A stretch of 64,000 nt of DNA from an uncultured Mycoplasmatota bacterium. GTDB lineage: Bacteria; Bacillota_I; Bacilli_A; RF39; UBA660. The DNA is taken from positions 1,699 through 65,698 of the forward strand of contig CAMMBL010000001.1 of assembly GCA_946494015.1 (NCBI GenBank), in the 5' to 3' direction. Positions within the stretch are counted from its first letter, which is position 1; every line of letters begins with the position of its first letter. The notes under the pieces are model-generated. The model searched no databases, was not told the DNA's origin, and saw only the letters and a list, made by a program, of their open reading frames with translations. Shown one piece after another: positions 1 through 11,284 of the stretch. Position numbers and translations under genes: made by a program.

Positions 1-345
1 AGAGATTACAGTAAAAAACAAAATCGCAAAGAAAGACGTATAGCCTTAAAAAGTGCTTTAAGTCATAAATTTGCTGATAATGAAGTAATTGTTATGGAAG
101 AATTAGAATTTACTACTCCTAAAACAAAAGAGATGGTAAATCTACTTAACATATTAAAAATTAATGATAAAAAAGTGCTTTTTATAGTAAAAGACTTTAG
201 TGAAAATGTTATTTTAGCATCAAGAAATTTACCAAATGTGGCATTAATTAATACAGAAGAAATAAATGTTTTAGACTTAATTAATTCTGATGTAGTTGTC
301 TTTACAAATGAAGCATTAACAAAAGTAGAGGAGGCTTTTAAATAA
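1..345 (+). CDS. rplD: 50S ribosomal protein L4, C-terminal part (5' end outside window)
   Basis: Frame open from nt 1 and reads ...ALKSALSHKFADNEVIVMEELEF...; sits ahead of rplW in the S10 operon. Track ORF 94..345 is the in-frame tail. Confidence 0.85.
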   Translation, partial: RDYSKKQNRKERRIALKSALSHKFADNEVIVMEELEFTTPKTKEMVNLLNILKINDKKVLFIVKDFSENVILASRNLPNVALINTEEINVLDLINSDVVVFTNEALTKVEEAFK

Positions 346-626
346 TGGATACAAAATATTTAGAAATCATTAAAGCTCCAGTTATTACTGAAAAAAGTAA
401 TGCTTTAAATGAAAAAAATCAATATGTATTTAAGGTTTCTTCTAAAGCGAATAAAACAGAAATAAAACAAGCTATTGAAAAGATCTTTAAAGTACATGTA
501 AAAGAAATTAGAACATTAAATATAAAACCTAAAAAAAGAAGAGTTGGTCGCTATACTGGGCTTACAAATAGATGCAAAAAAGCTATTGTAACTCTAAATG
601 ATGGTGAACAAATTGAACTTTCATAG
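345..626 (+). CDS. rplW: 50S ribosomal protein L23
   Basis: 93 aa; matches L23 by eye; S10 operon order. Confidence 0.93.
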   Translation: MDTKYLEIIKAPVITEKSNALNEKNQYVFKVSSKANKTEIKQAIEKIFKVHVKEIRTLNIKPKKRRVGRYTGLTNRCKKAIVTLNDGEQIELS

Positions 627-642
627 AAGGAGGAAATAAAGT

Positions 643-1473
643 ATGGCAATTAAAAATTATAAACCTACTACACCAGGTCATAGAAATATGAGTACTTTAG
701 TTAATGAAGATATCACAAAAAGCACTCCAGAAAAAAGTTTAACAGTAACATTAAAGAAAAATTCTGGTCGTAATAACCAAGGAAAAATAACTGTTCGTCA
801 TCAAGGCGGTGGAGCTAAAAGAAAATATCGTATCATTGATTTTAAAAGAGATAAAAAAGAAATAATTGGTGTTGTAGCAAGTATAGAATATGATCCAAAT
901 AGAACAGCAAATATAGCTTTAATTAACTATGTAGATGGTGAAAAAAGATATATTATTGCCCCTAAAGGATTAAAAGTAGGAGATAAAATAGTAGCAAGTG
1001 AAACAGCCGATATTAAAGTAGGTAATGCCCTACCTCTTATGAATATACCAGTAGGTACAGTTATTCATAATATTGAACTACGTCCTGGCAAAGGAGCAGC
1101 CTTAGCAAGAAGTGCTGGAACAAGTGCTCAAATTCTTGGACGTGAAGGTAAATATGTAATGATTAGACTATCAAGTGGAGAACAAAGAAAAGTACTTGGT
1201 AGTTGTATGGCTACTATTGGTGTTGTTGGAAATGAAGATGCATCATTAGTGAAACTTGGTAAAGCTGGACGTAAACGTCATATGGGCATTCGTCCAACAG
1301 TTCGTGGTTCTGTTATGAACCCTAATGACCATCCACATGGTGGTGGTGAAGGACGTGCACCAGTTGGACGTAAAGCACCACTTACTCCATGGGGTAAACC
1401 AGCACTTGGATATAAAACAAGAAATAATAAAAAGACTGACAAATTTATCGTTCGTCGCCGTAATAGTAAATAG
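643..1473 (+). CDS. rplB: 50S ribosomal protein L2
   Basis: 276 aa; conserved GGGxKRKYR and HPHGGGEG motifs. Confidence 0.97.
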   Translation: MAIKNYKPTTPGHRNMSTLVNEDITKSTPEKSLTVTLKKNSGRNNQGKITVRHQGGGAKRKYRIIDFKRDKKEIIGVVASIEYDPNRTANIALINYVDGEKRYIIAPKGLKVGDKIVASETADIKVGNALPLMNIPVGTVIHNIELRPGKGAALARSAGTSAQILGREGKYVMIRLSSGEQRKVLGSCMATIGVVGNEDASLVKLGKAGRKRHMGIRPTVRGSVMNPNDHPHGGGEGRAPVGRKAPLTPWGKPALGYKTRNNKKTDKFIVRRRNSK

Positions 1474-1484
1474 GAGGATAAGAT

Positions 1485-1751
1485 ATGGCTAGAAGTTTAA
1501 AAAAAGGACCTTATGTTTTTGACCGTTTATTAAAAAAAGTAAAAGAATTAAATAAAACTGGTAAAAAAGAAGTTATAAAAACTTGGTCACGCCGTTCTAC
1601 CATCTTTCCTGATTTTATAGGACATACCTTTGCAGTTCATAACGGAAAGGAATTTATCCCTGTTTATGTTACTGAAGATATGGTTGGACATAAATTAGGA
1701 GAATTTGCTTTAACTCGTAAAAATGGTGGACACGGTTCTGATAAAAAATAA
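1485..1751 (+). CDS. rpsS: 30S ribosomal protein S19
   Basis: 88 aa; S19 signature [23 protein letters not shown]. Confidence 0.97.
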   Translation: MARSLKKGPYVFDRLLKKVKELNKTGKKEVIKTWSRRSTIFPDFIGHTFAVHNGKEFIPVYVTEDMVGHKLGEFALTRKNGGHGSDKK

Positions 1752-1774
1752 AAAAGACTAGGAGGAGTCAGAGA

Positions 1775-2107
1775 ATGGAAGCAAAAGCAATCGCTAAAAT
1801 GCAAAGAATATCACCTATTAAAGCTCGTTTAGTAATTGATACTATTCGTGGGTTAAAAGTAAGTGATGCCCTAGCAATTTTAGAAAATACAAATAAAAAA
1901 GCAGCTATCCTTACTAAAAAAGTCTTAAATTCAGCAATAGCCAATGCTGTAAATAATAATGGTTTAAATGCTGAAGATTTATATGTAAAGGAAGCAAGAG
2001 TAGATGCTGGCCCTGTAATGAAAAGAGTATTATTCGATTCACGTGGCCACATTGGACATAAAGATAAAAGAACAAGTCACATTATTATCGTAGTGGCTAC
2101 AAAATAA
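1775..2107 (+). CDS. rplV: 50S ribosomal protein L22
   Basis: 110 aa; operon position and sequence. Confidence 0.95.
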   Translation: MEAKAIAKMQRISPIKARLVIDTIRGLKVSDALAILENTNKKAAILTKKVLNSAIANAVNNNGLNAEDLYVKEARVDAGPVMKRVLFDSRGHIGHKDKRTSHIIIVVATK

Positions 2108-2123
2108 TAAGGAGGAACTATAG

Positions 2124-2777
2124 ATGGGACAAAAAGTTAATCCAAATGGACTAAGACTTGGCATCAATAAAGAATGGGAAGCAAAATGGTATGCTCCTAA
2201 AGATAATTTTTCTAAAGTATTAATAAATGATATAAAAATTAGAAATTATATTGAAAAAAATCTTAAAAATGCTGGAATTGCCAAAGTTGAAATTGAAAGA
2301 ACTCCTAAAAAATGCGAAGTAATAATTCATACATCAAAACCAGGTGTTATAATTGGACGTGGCGGTGAAGAAATTACTAAACTAAGAGGAAAACTTTCTA
2401 AACTAGTTAATGAAAATATTGGAATATCAATAGTAGATATTAAAAAAGCAGATCTTAATGCACAATTAGTAGCTGATTCTATTGCTAATCAAATAACAAA
2501 CAGAGCTTCATTTAGAATGGCACAAAAACGTGCTATTAGAAATGCAATGAAAGCAGGAGCAAAAGGAATCAAAACAAAAGTATCAGGACGTTTAGGTGGT
2601 GCTGATATGGCACGTAGTGAAGGTTATACAGAAGGAACTATTCCACTACATACTCTAAGAGCTAATGTTGATTATGCTGTAAGTGAAGCTGATACAACAT
2701 TTGGTAAAATTGGTGTAAAAGTATGGATTTATAAAGGTGAAATTCTTACTTCAAAAAAAGCTAAAGGAGGTAATTAA
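2124..2777 (+). CDS. rpsC: 30S ribosomal protein S3
   Basis: 217 aa; KH domain sequence typical of S3. Confidence 0.97.
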   Translation: MGQKVNPNGLRLGINKEWEAKWYAPKDNFSKVLINDIKIRNYIEKNLKNAGIAKVEIERTPKKCEVIIHTSKPGVIIGRGGEEITKLRGKLSKLVNENIGISIVDIKKADLNAQLVADSIANQITNRASFRMAQKRAIRNAMKAGAKGIKTKVSGRLGGADMARSEGYTEGTIPLHTLRANVDYAVSEADTTFGKIGVKVWIYKGEILTSKKAKGGN

Positions 2778-2778
2778 A

Positions 2779-3210
2779 GTGTTAATTCCATCAAGAACAA
2801 AATATCGTCGTGTTCACAGATTACCTTACGAAGGCAAATCAAGAGGTAATCGTGAATTACACTTTGGAGAGTACGGTTTACAAGCTAAAGAAGGAGCATG
2901 GATCACAGCTAATCAAATCGAAGCAGCTCGTGTTGCTATGACTCGTTATATGAAACGTGGTGGTAAAGTATGGATTAATATATTTCCACATATGCCATTA
3001 ACTAAAAAAGCTATAGGTACTCGACAAGGAAAAGGAAAAGGTAATGTAGAAGAATGGGTAGCAGTCGTTAAAGAAGGAAAAATTATGTTTGAAATAGCAG
3101 GAGTTTCTGAAAGCGTTGCTCGTGAAGCTCTACGTCTAGCTAGTCATAAATTACCAATCGCTTGCAAATTTGTAAAAAAAGAAAAAGGTGGTGTTACTAA
3201 TGAAGGTTAA
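2779..3210 (+). CDS. rplP: 50S ribosomal protein L16; GTG start after GGAGG RBS. The track ORF starts earlier at an in-frame ATG inside rpsC.
   Basis: Reads [14 protein letters not shown]...; an L16-like N-terminus. Confidence 0.9.
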   Translation: MLIPSRTKYRRVHRLPYEGKSRGNRELHFGEYGLQAKEGAWITANQIEAARVAMTRYMKRGGKVWINIFPHMPLTKKAIGTRQGKGKGNVEEWVAVVKEGKIMFEIAGVSESVAREALRLASHKLPIACKFVKKEKGGVTNEG

Positions 3211-3403
3211 AGAAATTAGAGAACTATCAAATGATGAAATCAAAGCCAAATTAAAAGAAACAAAAGAAGAATTATTCAACTTAAGATTTAGTGGGGCTAT
3301 GGGAAACCTTGAAAAACCTTCACGCCTTAGAGAATTAAGACATACTGTTGCAAGACTTAAAACCGTTTTAAAAGAACGTGAAAACGAAGCAAAGGCTGAT
3401 TAG
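3200..3403 (+). CDS. rpmC: 50S ribosomal protein L29 (start ATG 3200; track start 3188 is an upstream GTG)
   Basis: [30 protein letters not shown] is typical of L29. Confidence 0.88.
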   Translation: MKVKEIRELSNDEIKAKLKETKEELFNLRFSGAMGNLEKPSRLRELRHTVARLKTVLKERENEAKAD

Positions 3404-3415
3404 GAGGGATAATTT

Positions 3416-3676
3416 ATGGAAAAGAAAATGAGACATGAATTAGTTGGTAAAGTTGTTAGTGCTAAAAACAACAAAACAATTACTGTTTTAGTTGAAACAC
3501 ATAAAATGCACCCACTATATCATAAAAGAGTTAAGTCATCAAAAAAATATAGCGTCCATGATGAAACAAATAAAGCTAAAGTCGGCGACGTTGTTAGAAT
3601 TGTTGAAACTAAACCAATTTCTAAAACTAAGCATTTTTATTTAAAAGAAATCGTAAAAGAAGCAGTTATTCTATAA
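3416..3676 (+). CDS. rpsQ: 30S ribosomal protein S17
   Basis: 86 aa; matches S17. Confidence 0.95.
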   Translation: MEKKMRHELVGKVVSAKNNKTITVLVETHKMHPLYHKRVKSSKKYSVHDETNKAKVGDVVRIVETKPISKTKHFYLKEIVKEAVIL

Positions 3677-3700
3677 CTCTTAAGTAAAGGAGGATAATCT

Positions 3701-4069
3701 ATGTTACAACAAGAAAGTAGATTAAAAGTAGCAGACAACACTGGAGCACGTGAATTACTAGTAATTAGAGTCTTAGGTGGTAGTCATGTAAAAACTGGAA
3801 ATATTGGAGATGTTGTTGTTGGAACTGTAAAAAATGCAATACCAAATTCATCTCTTCCTAAAGGCAAAGTAGTAAAAGCTGTAATCGTAAGAAGTCGTAA
3901 GGGAGTAAGACGTGAAGATGGCAGTTACATTAAGTTTGATGATAATGCTTGCGTAATCATTAAAGATGATAAGAGTCCAGTAGGAACTCGTGTCTTTGGA
4001 CCAGTAGCACGTGAACTTCGCGATAAAGACTATATGAAAATAGTAAGTCTTGCGAAAGAAGTACTATAA
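3701..4069 (+). CDS. rplN: 50S ribosomal protein L14
   Basis: 122 aa; [16 protein letters not shown] is the classic L14 N-terminus. Confidence 0.97.
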   Translation: MLQQESRLKVADNTGARELLVIRVLGGSHVKTGNIGDVVVGTVKNAIPNSSLPKGKVVKAVIVRSRKGVRREDGSYIKFDDNACVIIKDDKSPVGTRVFGPVARELRDKDYMKIVSLAKEVL

Positions 4070-4080
4070 GGAGGAAAACT

Positions 4081-4389
4081 ATGAAGTTAAAAGTAGGAGA
4101 TAAAGTAGTTGTAAAAGCTGGTTCTGACAAAGGAAAAGTTGGAAAGATAATTAAAACACTTAGAAGCGAAAATAAAGTTATTGTAGAAGGAGTACACATT
4201 GTTAAAAAACATCAAAAACCTACAGGACAAACTTCAGGTGGAATTCTTGAAATAGAAGCACCAATTGATGCCTCTAATGTTATGATAGTTGATCCTAAAA
4301 CTAAAAAAGGCACAAGAATCGCTCATACAACAGATAAAAATGGAAAAAAAGTAAGAATAAGTACAAAATCTAAAGAAGTACTAGATTAG
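4081..4389 (+). CDS. rplX: 50S ribosomal protein L24
   Basis: 102 aa; KOW-like N-terminus. Confidence 0.95.
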   Translation: MKLKVGDKVVVKAGSDKGKVGKIIKTLRSENKVIVEGVHIVKKHQKPTGQTSGGILEIEAPIDASNVMIVDPKTKKGTRIAHTTDKNGKKVRISTKSKEVLD

Positions 4390-4409
4390 TGGAAGGAGGG
4401 GATTTGTAA

Positions 4410-4949
4410 ATGCAAACATTAAAAGAAAAATATATTAAAGAAGTAGTTCCAGCTCTTATGAGCAAATATGGTTATAAATCTATAATGGAAGTACCAAAAC
4501 TAGAAAAAGTTGTTATCAATATGGGTGTTGGAGATGCTACTACAAATTCTAAATTATTAGATGCAGCAGTATCTGACCTTGAAAAAATTTCAGGACAAAA
4601 ACCAGTAGTTACTAAAGCTAAAAAATCTATCGCTGGTTTTAAAATAAGAGAAGGACAAAAAATAGGATGCAAAGTAACCCTTAGAAGTGATAACATGTAT
4701 AACTTTGTTGATAAACTAATTTCTATCTCACTTCCACAAGTTCGTGATTTTAGAGGAGTTAATCCAAAATCCTTCGATGGTCGTGGTAATTATACATTAG
4801 GTATTAAAGAACAATTAATTTTTAGTGAAATAAATTATGATGAAATTGTTAAAGTTCGTGGTATGGATATTATATTCGTAACAACTGCTAAAACTAATGA
4901 AGAAGCATATGACTTATTAAAGGGTCTAGGAATTCCTTTTAGAAAGTAA
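4410..4949 (+). CDS. rplE: 50S ribosomal protein L5
   Basis: 179 aa; matches L5. Confidence 0.97.
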   Translation: MQTLKEKYIKEVVPALMSKYGYKSIMEVPKLEKVVINMGVGDATTNSKLLDAAVSDLEKISGQKPVVTKAKKSIAGFKIREGQKIGCKVTLRSDNMYNFVDKLISISLPQVRDFRGVNPKSFDGRGNYTLGIKEQLIFSEINYDEIVKVRGMDIIFVTTAKTNEEAYDLLKGLGIPFRK

Positions 4950-4962
4950 TGGAGGGTAAAAG

Positions 4963-5148
4963 ATGGCAAGAAAAAGTATGGTTGTAAAACAAAGTAGAAA
5001 GCCAAAATACAAAGTACGTGAATACACTCGTTGTGCACGTTGTGGCAGACCTCATGCGGTTATGAGTAAATTTGGAATCTGCCGTATTTGCTTCCGTGAA
5101 TTGGCTTATAAAGGACAAATACCAGGCGTTAAGAAATCAAGCTGGTAG
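4963..5148 (+). CDS. rpsN: 30S ribosomal protein S14, zinc-binding type Z (61 aa)
   Basis: CxxC...CxxC zinc ribbon ([10 protein letters not shown]...CRIC). Confidence 0.95.
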   Translation: MARKSMVVKQSRKPKYKVREYTRCARCGRPHAVMSKFGICRICFRELAYKGQIPGVKKSSW

Positions 5149-5164
5149 AAAAGGAGGAAAAAAG

Positions 5165-5566
5165 ATGGCTGTAGTTACAGATACAATTGCAGATATGTTA
5201 ACTCGTATTCGTAATGCTAATGCTATGCGTTATGAAGAAGTAAAAGTTCCTTCATCAAAATTAAAATTAGAAATCGCAAGAATTTTAAAAGAAGAAGGAT
5301 TTATTAAAGATTACAAGTTAGAGAAAAATGATGTACAAGGTACAATTATTCTAACTTTAAAATATGGTGAAAATAAACAAAGAGTAATCACAGGTTTAAA
5401 AAGAATTTCTAAACCAGGACTTAGAGTATATGCTAAAAATGATGAAATTCCAAGAGTTTTAAATGGCTTAGGTATTGCTATTATTTCTACATCTAAAGGA
5501 ATTATGACAGATAAACAAGCAAGAAAACAAAAACTTGGTGGCGAAGTTCTAGCTTATATTTGGTAA
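5165..5566 (+). CDS. rpsH: 30S ribosomal protein S8 (start ATG 5165 after AGGAGG; the track ORF begins upstream inside rpsN)
   Basis: [18 protein letters not shown] is the S8 N-terminus. Confidence 0.94.
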   Translation: MAVVTDTIADMLTRIRNANAMRYEEVKVPSSKLKLEIARILKEEGFIKDYKLEKNDVQGTIILTLKYGENKQRVITGLKRISKPGLRVYAKNDEIPRVLNGLGIAIISTSKGIMTDKQARKQKLGGEVLAYIW

Positions 5567-5581
5567 AAGGAGGTGTTTTAA

Positions 5582-6112
5582 ATGAGCCGTATAGGAAATC
5601 GTAAAATTGAAGTTCCCGCAGGAGTAACAGTTACTTTAGAAAATGGAGTTGTAACAGTTACTGGCCCAAAGGGAAGCTTGAGCCAAGTAATGTTAAAAGA
5701 TATTACTATGGAACAAAAAGATAATATAATTACTTTAACAAGAAAAAGCGATGCAGTAAAAGCAATGCATGGTACAATGAATGCACTTCTTCAAAATATG
5801 ATTATAGGTGTAACAAAAGGATATGAAAAAGGGCTAGAAATAGTAGGTGTTGGATACCGTTTCAATGTAAGTGGTAAAAAATTAACTATTAATGCTGGTT
5901 ACTCTCATCCTGTTGAAATAACTATACCTGAAGGGCTTAGTGTAGAAGCACAGTCTAATACAGAAATTACCATTAAAGGTATTGATAAAGCCTTAGTTGG
6001 AGAATTTGCTGCAAATGTTAGAAAAGTACGTCGTCCTGAACCTTACAAAGGTAAAGGTATTCGCTATAAAGATGAACATATAAGACGTAAAGAAGGAAAG
6101 AAAGCTGCTTAA
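5582..6112 (+). CDS. rplF: 50S ribosomal protein L6
   Basis: 176 aa; matches L6. Confidence 0.95.
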   Translation: MSRIGNRKIEVPAGVTVTLENGVVTVTGPKGSLSQVMLKDITMEQKDNIITLTRKSDAVKAMHGTMNALLQNMIIGVTKGYEKGLEIVGVGYRFNVSGKKLTINAGYSHPVEITIPEGLSVEAQSNTEITIKGIDKALVGEFAANVRKVRRPEPYKGKGIRYKDEHIRRKEGKKAA

Positions 6113-6136
6113 AGCATGTAGGAAGGAGAGAAAATT

Positions 6137-6499
6137 ATGATTAATAAAAAATCAAGAAATAGTATGCGTGAAGTACGTCATGCTAGAATTAGAACACATC
6201 TTAGTGGCACTAGTGCTGTTCCAAGACTTAATGTATTCAGATCAAACACAGCCATTTATGCACAAGTAATAGATGATGAAAGTTCTACTACCTTAGTATC
6301 TGCTTCTTCACTTGATAAAGATTTAAATTTAAAAAACAAATCTAATATTGAAGCAGCTGCAAGCGTTGGTGCTAGTATTGCTAAAAAATGTATGGCATCT
6401 GGTATCACTAAAGTAGTATTTGATAGAGGTGGATATCTTTATCATGGACGTGTAAAAGCATTAGCTAATGCCGCACGTGAAAATGGACTAGAGTTCTAA
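6137..6499 (+). CDS. rplR: 50S ribosomal protein L18
   Basis: 120 aa; matches L18. Confidence 0.95.
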   Translation: MINKKSRNSMREVRHARIRTHLSGTSAVPRLNVFRSNTAIYAQVIDDESSTTLVSASSLDKDLNLKNKSNIEAAASVGASIAKKCMASGITKVVFDRGGYLYHGRVKALANAARENGLEF

Positions 6500-6510
6500 G
6501 GAGGGTAAAT

Positions 6511-7020
6511 ATGCAAAAACAAACAACTGATTCCAAAGAAAAACAACTTGAAGAACTAGTCGTTCAACTAAAAAGTGTAGTTAAAGTTACAAAAGGTGGG
6601 CGTCAACGTCGTTTTTCAGCAGTTGTTGTCGTTGGAGATCGTAAAGGACATGTTGGTATCGGTACAGGTAAAGCTTTTGAAGTACCAGATGCTATTAAAA
6701 AAGCTATTCAAGATGCTAATAAAAATATGATTACTATTAATTTAATTGATGGAAGAACTATTGCTCATGAAGTAATAGGAGTATCAGGAGCTGCTAAAGT
6801 AATGTTAAAACCAGCTAAAGAAGGTACAGGAATCATTGCTGGTGGAAGCGTTCGTGCTGTTTTAGAATTAGCCGGAGTTCGTGATGTTGTATCAAAATCT
6901 CTTGGTGCTAGAACTAAACTTAATATGGCAACCGCTGCTATTAATGGGTTAAAAGAAATTAAAACAGTAGAAGAAGTTGCAGCACTTCGTGGTAAAACTA
7001 AAGAGGAGATTTTAGGATAA
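6511..7020 (+). CDS. rpsE: 30S ribosomal protein S5
   Basis: 169 aa; matches S5. Confidence 0.95.
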   Translation: MQKQTTDSKEKQLEELVVQLKSVVKVTKGGRQRRFSAVVVVGDRKGHVGIGTGKAFEVPDAIKKAIQDANKNMITINLIDGRTIAHEVIGVSGAAKVMLKPAKEGTGIIAGGSVRAVLELAGVRDVVSKSLGARTKLNMATAAINGLKEIKTVEEVAALRGKTKEEILG

Positions 7021-7463
7021 TGAAGTTACATGAATTAAAGAAAAATGAAGGTGCTACTTTTAGAAAAAAAGTAGTAGGTAGAGGACGTGGATCAGGTCTT
7101 GGTAAAACATCAGGACGCGGACAAAAAGGTCAAAACTCTCGTAGTGGTGGTGGAGTTTCACCAGTATTTGAAGGTGGACAATTACCATTATATAGACGTC
7201 TTCCAAAAAGAGGATTTAGTAATCATAAATTTAAAACAGTATATGCTACTATCAATGTTGGAGATTTAAATGTATTTGAAGATGGTACTGTTGTTACTCC
7301 AGCATTATTAAAAGAAAAAGGAATTATCAAGAAACAATTAGATGGAATCAAAGTATTAGGTAATGGTATTTTAGAAAAGAAACTTACTATACAAGCTAAT
7401 AAATTTTCAAGTAGTGCTTTAGCAAAAATTAATGAATCAGGAAGTAAAGCCGAGGTGATTTAA
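7020..7463 (+). CDS. rplO: 50S ribosomal protein L15. It follows rpsE directly; no L30 gene in between.
   Basis: 147 aa; G-rich N-terminal segment typical of L15. Confidence 0.95.
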   Translation: MKLHELKKNEGATFRKKVVGRGRGSGLGKTSGRGQKGQNSRSGGGVSPVFEGGQLPLYRRLPKRGFSNHKFKTVYATINVGDLNVFEDGTVVTPALLKEKGIIKKQLDGIKVLGNGILEKKLTIQANKFSSSALAKINESGSKAEVI

Positions 7464-7464
7464 A

Positions 7465-8730
7465 ATGTCCCTATTAAAGCAGTTATTTAAGCCAACAAAT
7501 AGAGATCTGCTAAAAAGAATAGGTTTTACTCTTGTGGCACTTGCTATATTTATTATTGGAACAACTATACAAGTTCCTGGAACAAACAGTATAACTAAAA
7601 ACTTAGGTTTTTTAGAATTAGTTAATACAATGGGTGGAGGAGCCCTACAAAATTTCTCAATCTTTGCTTTAGGTGTTATGCCTTATATTACTGCTACAAT
7701 CGTTATGCAGTTATTAGGAGAATTAATACCATATTTCCAAGAATTAAGAAAACAAGGATATACTGGACAACAAAAAATTAATATGTATTCAAGATATATG
7801 GGTATACTCTTTGCTTTTATTCAAGGTTATGCATTTTCCTTTATGTTTTTAGGTAAATCAGCATCAGCTAGTGAATATATATATATATCAATTATTCTAA
7901 CAGCTGGTACAGCTTTTCTTCTATGGTTAGGAGATCAAATAACTAGAAAAGGTATAGGTAATGGTCTTAGCTTGATAATTATGGCTGGAATTATTGCTAC
8001 TTTACCACAAATGTTTATTGATGCTTGGCAAGGATTAGTAGTTTTTGATGGAGTTGCTCAACAAATAGCTTTAGGTATAACTAAGTTTATTCTATTTGTA
8101 CTTATTTATTTCATCATTTTAATAGGAGTTACTTTTGTTCAATTAGCAGAACGAAAAATTCCAATACAATATGCTAATAAATCAACAAGTTTTACAAATG
8201 CTCCATCATCATATGTTCCAATTAAAGTAAATACAGCAGGAGTTGTACCTGTAATCTTTGCCTCAAGTTTAATGGCTATCCCTGGAATTATTGCTGGTTT
8301 AATTAATAACGAAGGATTTAGTTTATTCGTTCAAAAATATTTAACCTATACAACACCAGTTGGCTTTTTGATTTATGTTATTTTCATTTTCTTATTTGGT
8401 TTTGTTTATACATATATGACTTTTAAACCAGAAGAATTTGCTAAAAACTTACAAGAAAATGGTGGTTACATTCCTGGAATTAGACCAGGCGAAGAAACAA
8501 AGACTTATTTATCAAAAGTATTAACAAGAATAACTTGCCTAGGCTCTATTTTCTTAGCAATTATAGTAGCTCTACCAATTGTTTTTTCAAACATTACAAG
8601 TTTACCAACAAGTGTTAGTATTGGTGGAACAGGATTAATAATTGTAGTAGGTGTAGCCTTAGAAACATATAAACAAGTAGAAGGTAGCTTGCTTTCTAGG
8701 AGTTATAAGAAGGGTTATAAAAGAAGATGA
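7465..8730 (+). CDS. secY: Preprotein translocase subunit SecY
   Basis: 421 aa; multi-TM; canonical position after rplO. Confidence 0.95.
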   Translation: MSLLKQLFKPTNRDLLKRIGFTLVALAIFIIGTTIQVPGTNSITKNLGFLELVNTMGGGALQNFSIFALGVMPYITATIVMQLLGELIPYFQELRKQGYTGQQKINMYSRYMGILFAFIQGYAFSFMFLGKSASASEYIYISIILTAGTAFLLWLGDQITRKGIGNGLSLIIMAGIIATLPQMFIDAWQGLVVFDGVAQQIALGITKFILFVLIYFIILIGVTFVQLAERKIPIQYANKSTSFTNAPSSYVPIKVNTAGVVPVIFASSLMAIPGIIAGLINNEGFSLFVQKYLTYTTPVGFLIYVIFIFLFGFVYTYMTFKPEEFAKNLQENGGYIPGIRPGEETKTYLSKVLTRITCLGSIFLAIIVALPIVFSNITSLPTSVSIGGTGLIIVVGVALETYKQVEGSLLSRSYKKGYKRR

Positions 8731-9386
8731 AAAATATAATTTTTATAGCACCTCCAGCAGCAGGCAAGGGGACTCAAAGTGCAATAATAGAAAAAAAATA
8801 CTCACTTCCACATATATCTACTGGTGATATTCTAAGAACAGAAGCAAGTAGTGATACAGAATTAGGAAGATATATAAGAGAAGTCTTATCAACAGGTGGC
8901 TTAGTAAAAGATGAAATTACTTATGATCTATTATTAAAACGTCTATCACAGGATGATTGCAAAAATGGCTATATCTTAGATGGTTTTCCAAGAAATCTTG
9001 AACAAGCTTATAAATATGAAGAAATTTTAAATAAGCTTAATCAAAATTTAGGTTATGTAATTTATTTAGATATTGCTGAAGACATTTTGGAAAAAAGAAT
9101 AACTGGAAGACGCATCTGTGAAAACTGTGGAAATGTTTATAATATTAACTCAGAAACACAACGTCCTAAACTAGAATCAATTTGTGATAAATGTGGCGGT
9201 AGATTATATCAAAGAAATGATGATAATGTTTCTTCATTTAAAAACAGATATCAATTATTTCTTAATAAAACTAAACCAATACTTGACTATTATAAAGAAA
9301 AAGGTGTATTATATGTAATCAACGGAAACGATACGGTTACAAATATAGCACAAAAAATAGATGAAGTTTTAATAAAGGGGATGTAA
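8727..9386 (+). CDS. adk: Adenylate kinase with zinc-binding lid
   Basis: P-loop GKGTQ; lid CENCGNVY...CDKCGG. Confidence 0.95.
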   Translation: MKNIIFIAPPAAGKGTQSAIIEKKYSLPHISTGDILRTEASSDTELGRYIREVLSTGGLVKDEITYDLLLKRLSQDDCKNGYILDGFPRNLEQAYKYEEILNKLNQNLGYVIYLDIAEDILEKRITGRRICENCGNVYNINSETQRPKLESICDKCGGRLYQRNDDNVSSFKNRYQLFLNKTKPILDYYKEKGVLYVINGNDTVTNIAQKIDEVLIKGM

Positions 9387-9388
9387 AT

Positions 9389-10135
9389 ATGATTAATTTA
9401 AGAAGTAAAAGAGAAATAGCTTTACTTAAAGAAGCTGGTCATATTGTTTTTCTTACTCATAAATATTTACAACCCCATATTAAAGCCGGTATTAAAACAA
9501 TAGAATTAGAACATTTAGCAGAAAACTTCATAAGAAGTCATAATGCTACCCCTTCATTTAAAGGATATGAAGGGTTTCCATATACACTTTGTATAAGTAT
9601 CAATGAAGAAGTTGTCCATGGTTTTCCAAGTGATAGAGTCTTAGAAAATGGTGATATAATTTCTATTGATATTGGTGCATGTTATAAAGGTTATCATGGT
9701 GATTCAGCATGGACTTATGCCGTTGGAGATATAACAGATGATAAAAAATATCTTTTAGAACACACTGAAAAAGCTTTATACGAAGGAATCAAAGCCGCTA
9801 AAGTAGGAGCAAGAATTGGTGATATAGGTTATGCTATAGAAAAATATGCTAAAGAACATAATCTTGGTGTTGTAAAAGAATTAGTTGGACACGGGGTTGG
9901 TACAAGTGTTCATGAAGCCCCTGATGTTCCAAATTATGGTGAAAAGGGAAAAGGTCCCAAAATAAAAGATGGTATGGTAATTGCTATTGAACCAATGTTA
10001 ACATTAGGAAGTCCAGATATTTATATTTTAGATAATGACTGGACTGTAGTTACAGAAGATTCATCATGTTCAGCACATTATGAACATACAATTGCTATAA
10101 CTAATGATGGAATTGAGATATTAACAGGAGAGTGA
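9389..10135 (+). CDS. map: Methionine aminopeptidase type I
   Basis: 248 aa; metal-ligand motifs; canonical position. Confidence 0.93.
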   Translation: MINLRSKREIALLKEAGHIVFLTHKYLQPHIKAGIKTIELEHLAENFIRSHNATPSFKGYEGFPYTLCISINEEVVHGFPSDRVLENGDIISIDIGACYKGYHGDSAWTYAVGDITDDKKYLLEHTEKALYEGIKAAKVGARIGDIGYAIEKYAKEHNLGVVKELVGHGVGTSVHEAPDVPNYGEKGKGPKIKDGMVIAIEPMLTLGSPDIYILDNDWTVVTEDSSCSAHYEHTIAITNDGIEILTGE

Positions 10136-10139
10136 AAAA

Positions 10140-10355
10140 ATGGCTAAAGATGATGTTATAGAAGTTGAAGGTAAAGTTCTAGAAATTATACCAGGTGGTA
10201 AGTTTAAAGTGAAATTAGCAAATGAACATATTGTAGAAGCTCACGTTTCTGGTAAAATACGAATGAATTACATTCGCATCTTACCGGGAGATACAGTTAT
10301 GTTAGAACTATCACCTTATGATTTAACACGTGGGCGAATTACCTATCGTAAATGA
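10140..10355 (+). CDS. infA: Translation initiation factor IF-1
   Basis: 71 aa; S1-like. Confidence 0.97.
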   Translation: MAKDDVIEVEGKVLEIIPGGKFKVKLANEHIVEAHVSGKIRMNYIRILPGDTVMLELSPYDLTRGRITYRK

Positions 10356-10368
10356 AAGGATGATAAAA

Positions 10369-10482
10369 ATGAAAGTAAGATCAAGTGTAAAACCAATTTG
10401 TGCAAAATGCAAAATTGTAAAAAGAAAAGGAAAAATAAGAGTAATTTGTGAAAATCCAAAACACAAACAAGTACAAGGTTAA
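10369..10482 (+). CDS. rpmJ: 50S ribosomal protein L36 (37 aa; absent from the ORF track)
   Basis: Reads [37 protein letters not shown]; lies between infA and rpsM. Confidence 0.9.
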   Translation: MKVRSSVKPICAKCKIVKRKGKIRVICENPKHKQVQG

Positions 10483-10497
10483 TAAGGAGGAGAAGTT

Positions 10498-10866
10498 ATG
10501 GCACGTATTAAAGGTGTAGATATTCCAAATAATAAACACATATGTATATCACTTACCTATATCTATGGAATTGGTAGAAGTTTAGCAAAAACTATTTGTG
10601 AAAATGCTAAAGTAGAACCTACTAAAAAAGCAGGAGATTTAACACAAGATGAGTTAATTGCTCTAAGAGATGAAATAAATAAACATCTAACTGAAGGTGA
10701 TCTACGTCGTGAAGTTAATATGAATATTAAAACTAAAATGGAAATTAATTCATATCAAGGAACACGTCATAAAAAAGGTCTACCAGTAAGAGGTCAAAGA
10801 ACAAATAGAAATGCTCGTACTCGTAAGGGTAAAGGTAAAGTAGTAGCTAACAAGAAGAAAGCGTAG
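10498..10866 (+). CDS. rpsM: 30S ribosomal protein S13
   Basis: 122 aa; matches S13. Confidence 0.97.
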   Translation: MARIKGVDIPNNKHICISLTYIYGIGRSLAKTICENAKVEPTKKAGDLTQDELIALRDEINKHLTEGDLRREVNMNIKTKMEINSYQGTRHKKGLPVRGQRTNRNARTRKGKGKVVANKKKA

Positions 10867-10881
10867 TTAGGAGGTTAAGTT

Positions 10882-11265
10882 ATGGCATATAAAACTAGAA
10901 AAAGAAAAGTAAAGAAAAATATACCTGAAGGTGTTGTTCATATTGGTGCAACTTTTAATAATACAATTATAACTATTACAGATAAAGAAGGAAATACTGT
11001 AAGTTGGGCATCAAGTGGAGCTTTAGGATTTAAAGGAAGTAAAAAATCAACACCATTTGCTGCTGGTATGGCTTCAGAACAAGCTGGAAAAGCAGCATAT
11101 GATCTAGGAATGCGTAAAGTAGAAGTTTTTGTTAAAGGTTTAGGACCTGGTAGAGAAACAGCAATTAGATCTTTACAAACAGCAGGCCTTGAAGTAACAG
11201 GAATTACTGATGTTACACCAATTCCACATAATGGATGCCGTCCACCAAAACGGCCTCGTGGCTAA
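10882..11265 (+). CDS. rpsK: 30S ribosomal protein S11
   Basis: 127 aa; matches S11. Confidence 0.97.
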   Translation: MAYKTRKRKVKKNIPEGVVHIGATFNNTIITITDKEGNTVSWASSGALGFKGSKKSTPFAAGMASEQAGKAAYDLGMRKVEVFVKGLGPGRETAIRSLQTAGLEVTGITDVTPIPHNGCRPPKRPRG

Positions 11266-11284
11266 TAAAAGGGAGGTTACAAAA

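Noticed and set aside
1768-5038. Antisense ORFs 1768..2052, 3960..4199, 4472..4696 and 4835..5038 inside ribosomal protein genes
   Set aside because: They lie entirely within highly conserved ribosomal genes on the opposite strand, are low-complexity, and lack RBS. Spurious.
7087-7269. ORF 7087..7269 (+), out of frame inside rplO
   Set aside because: Alternate frame of a conserved gene; no support.
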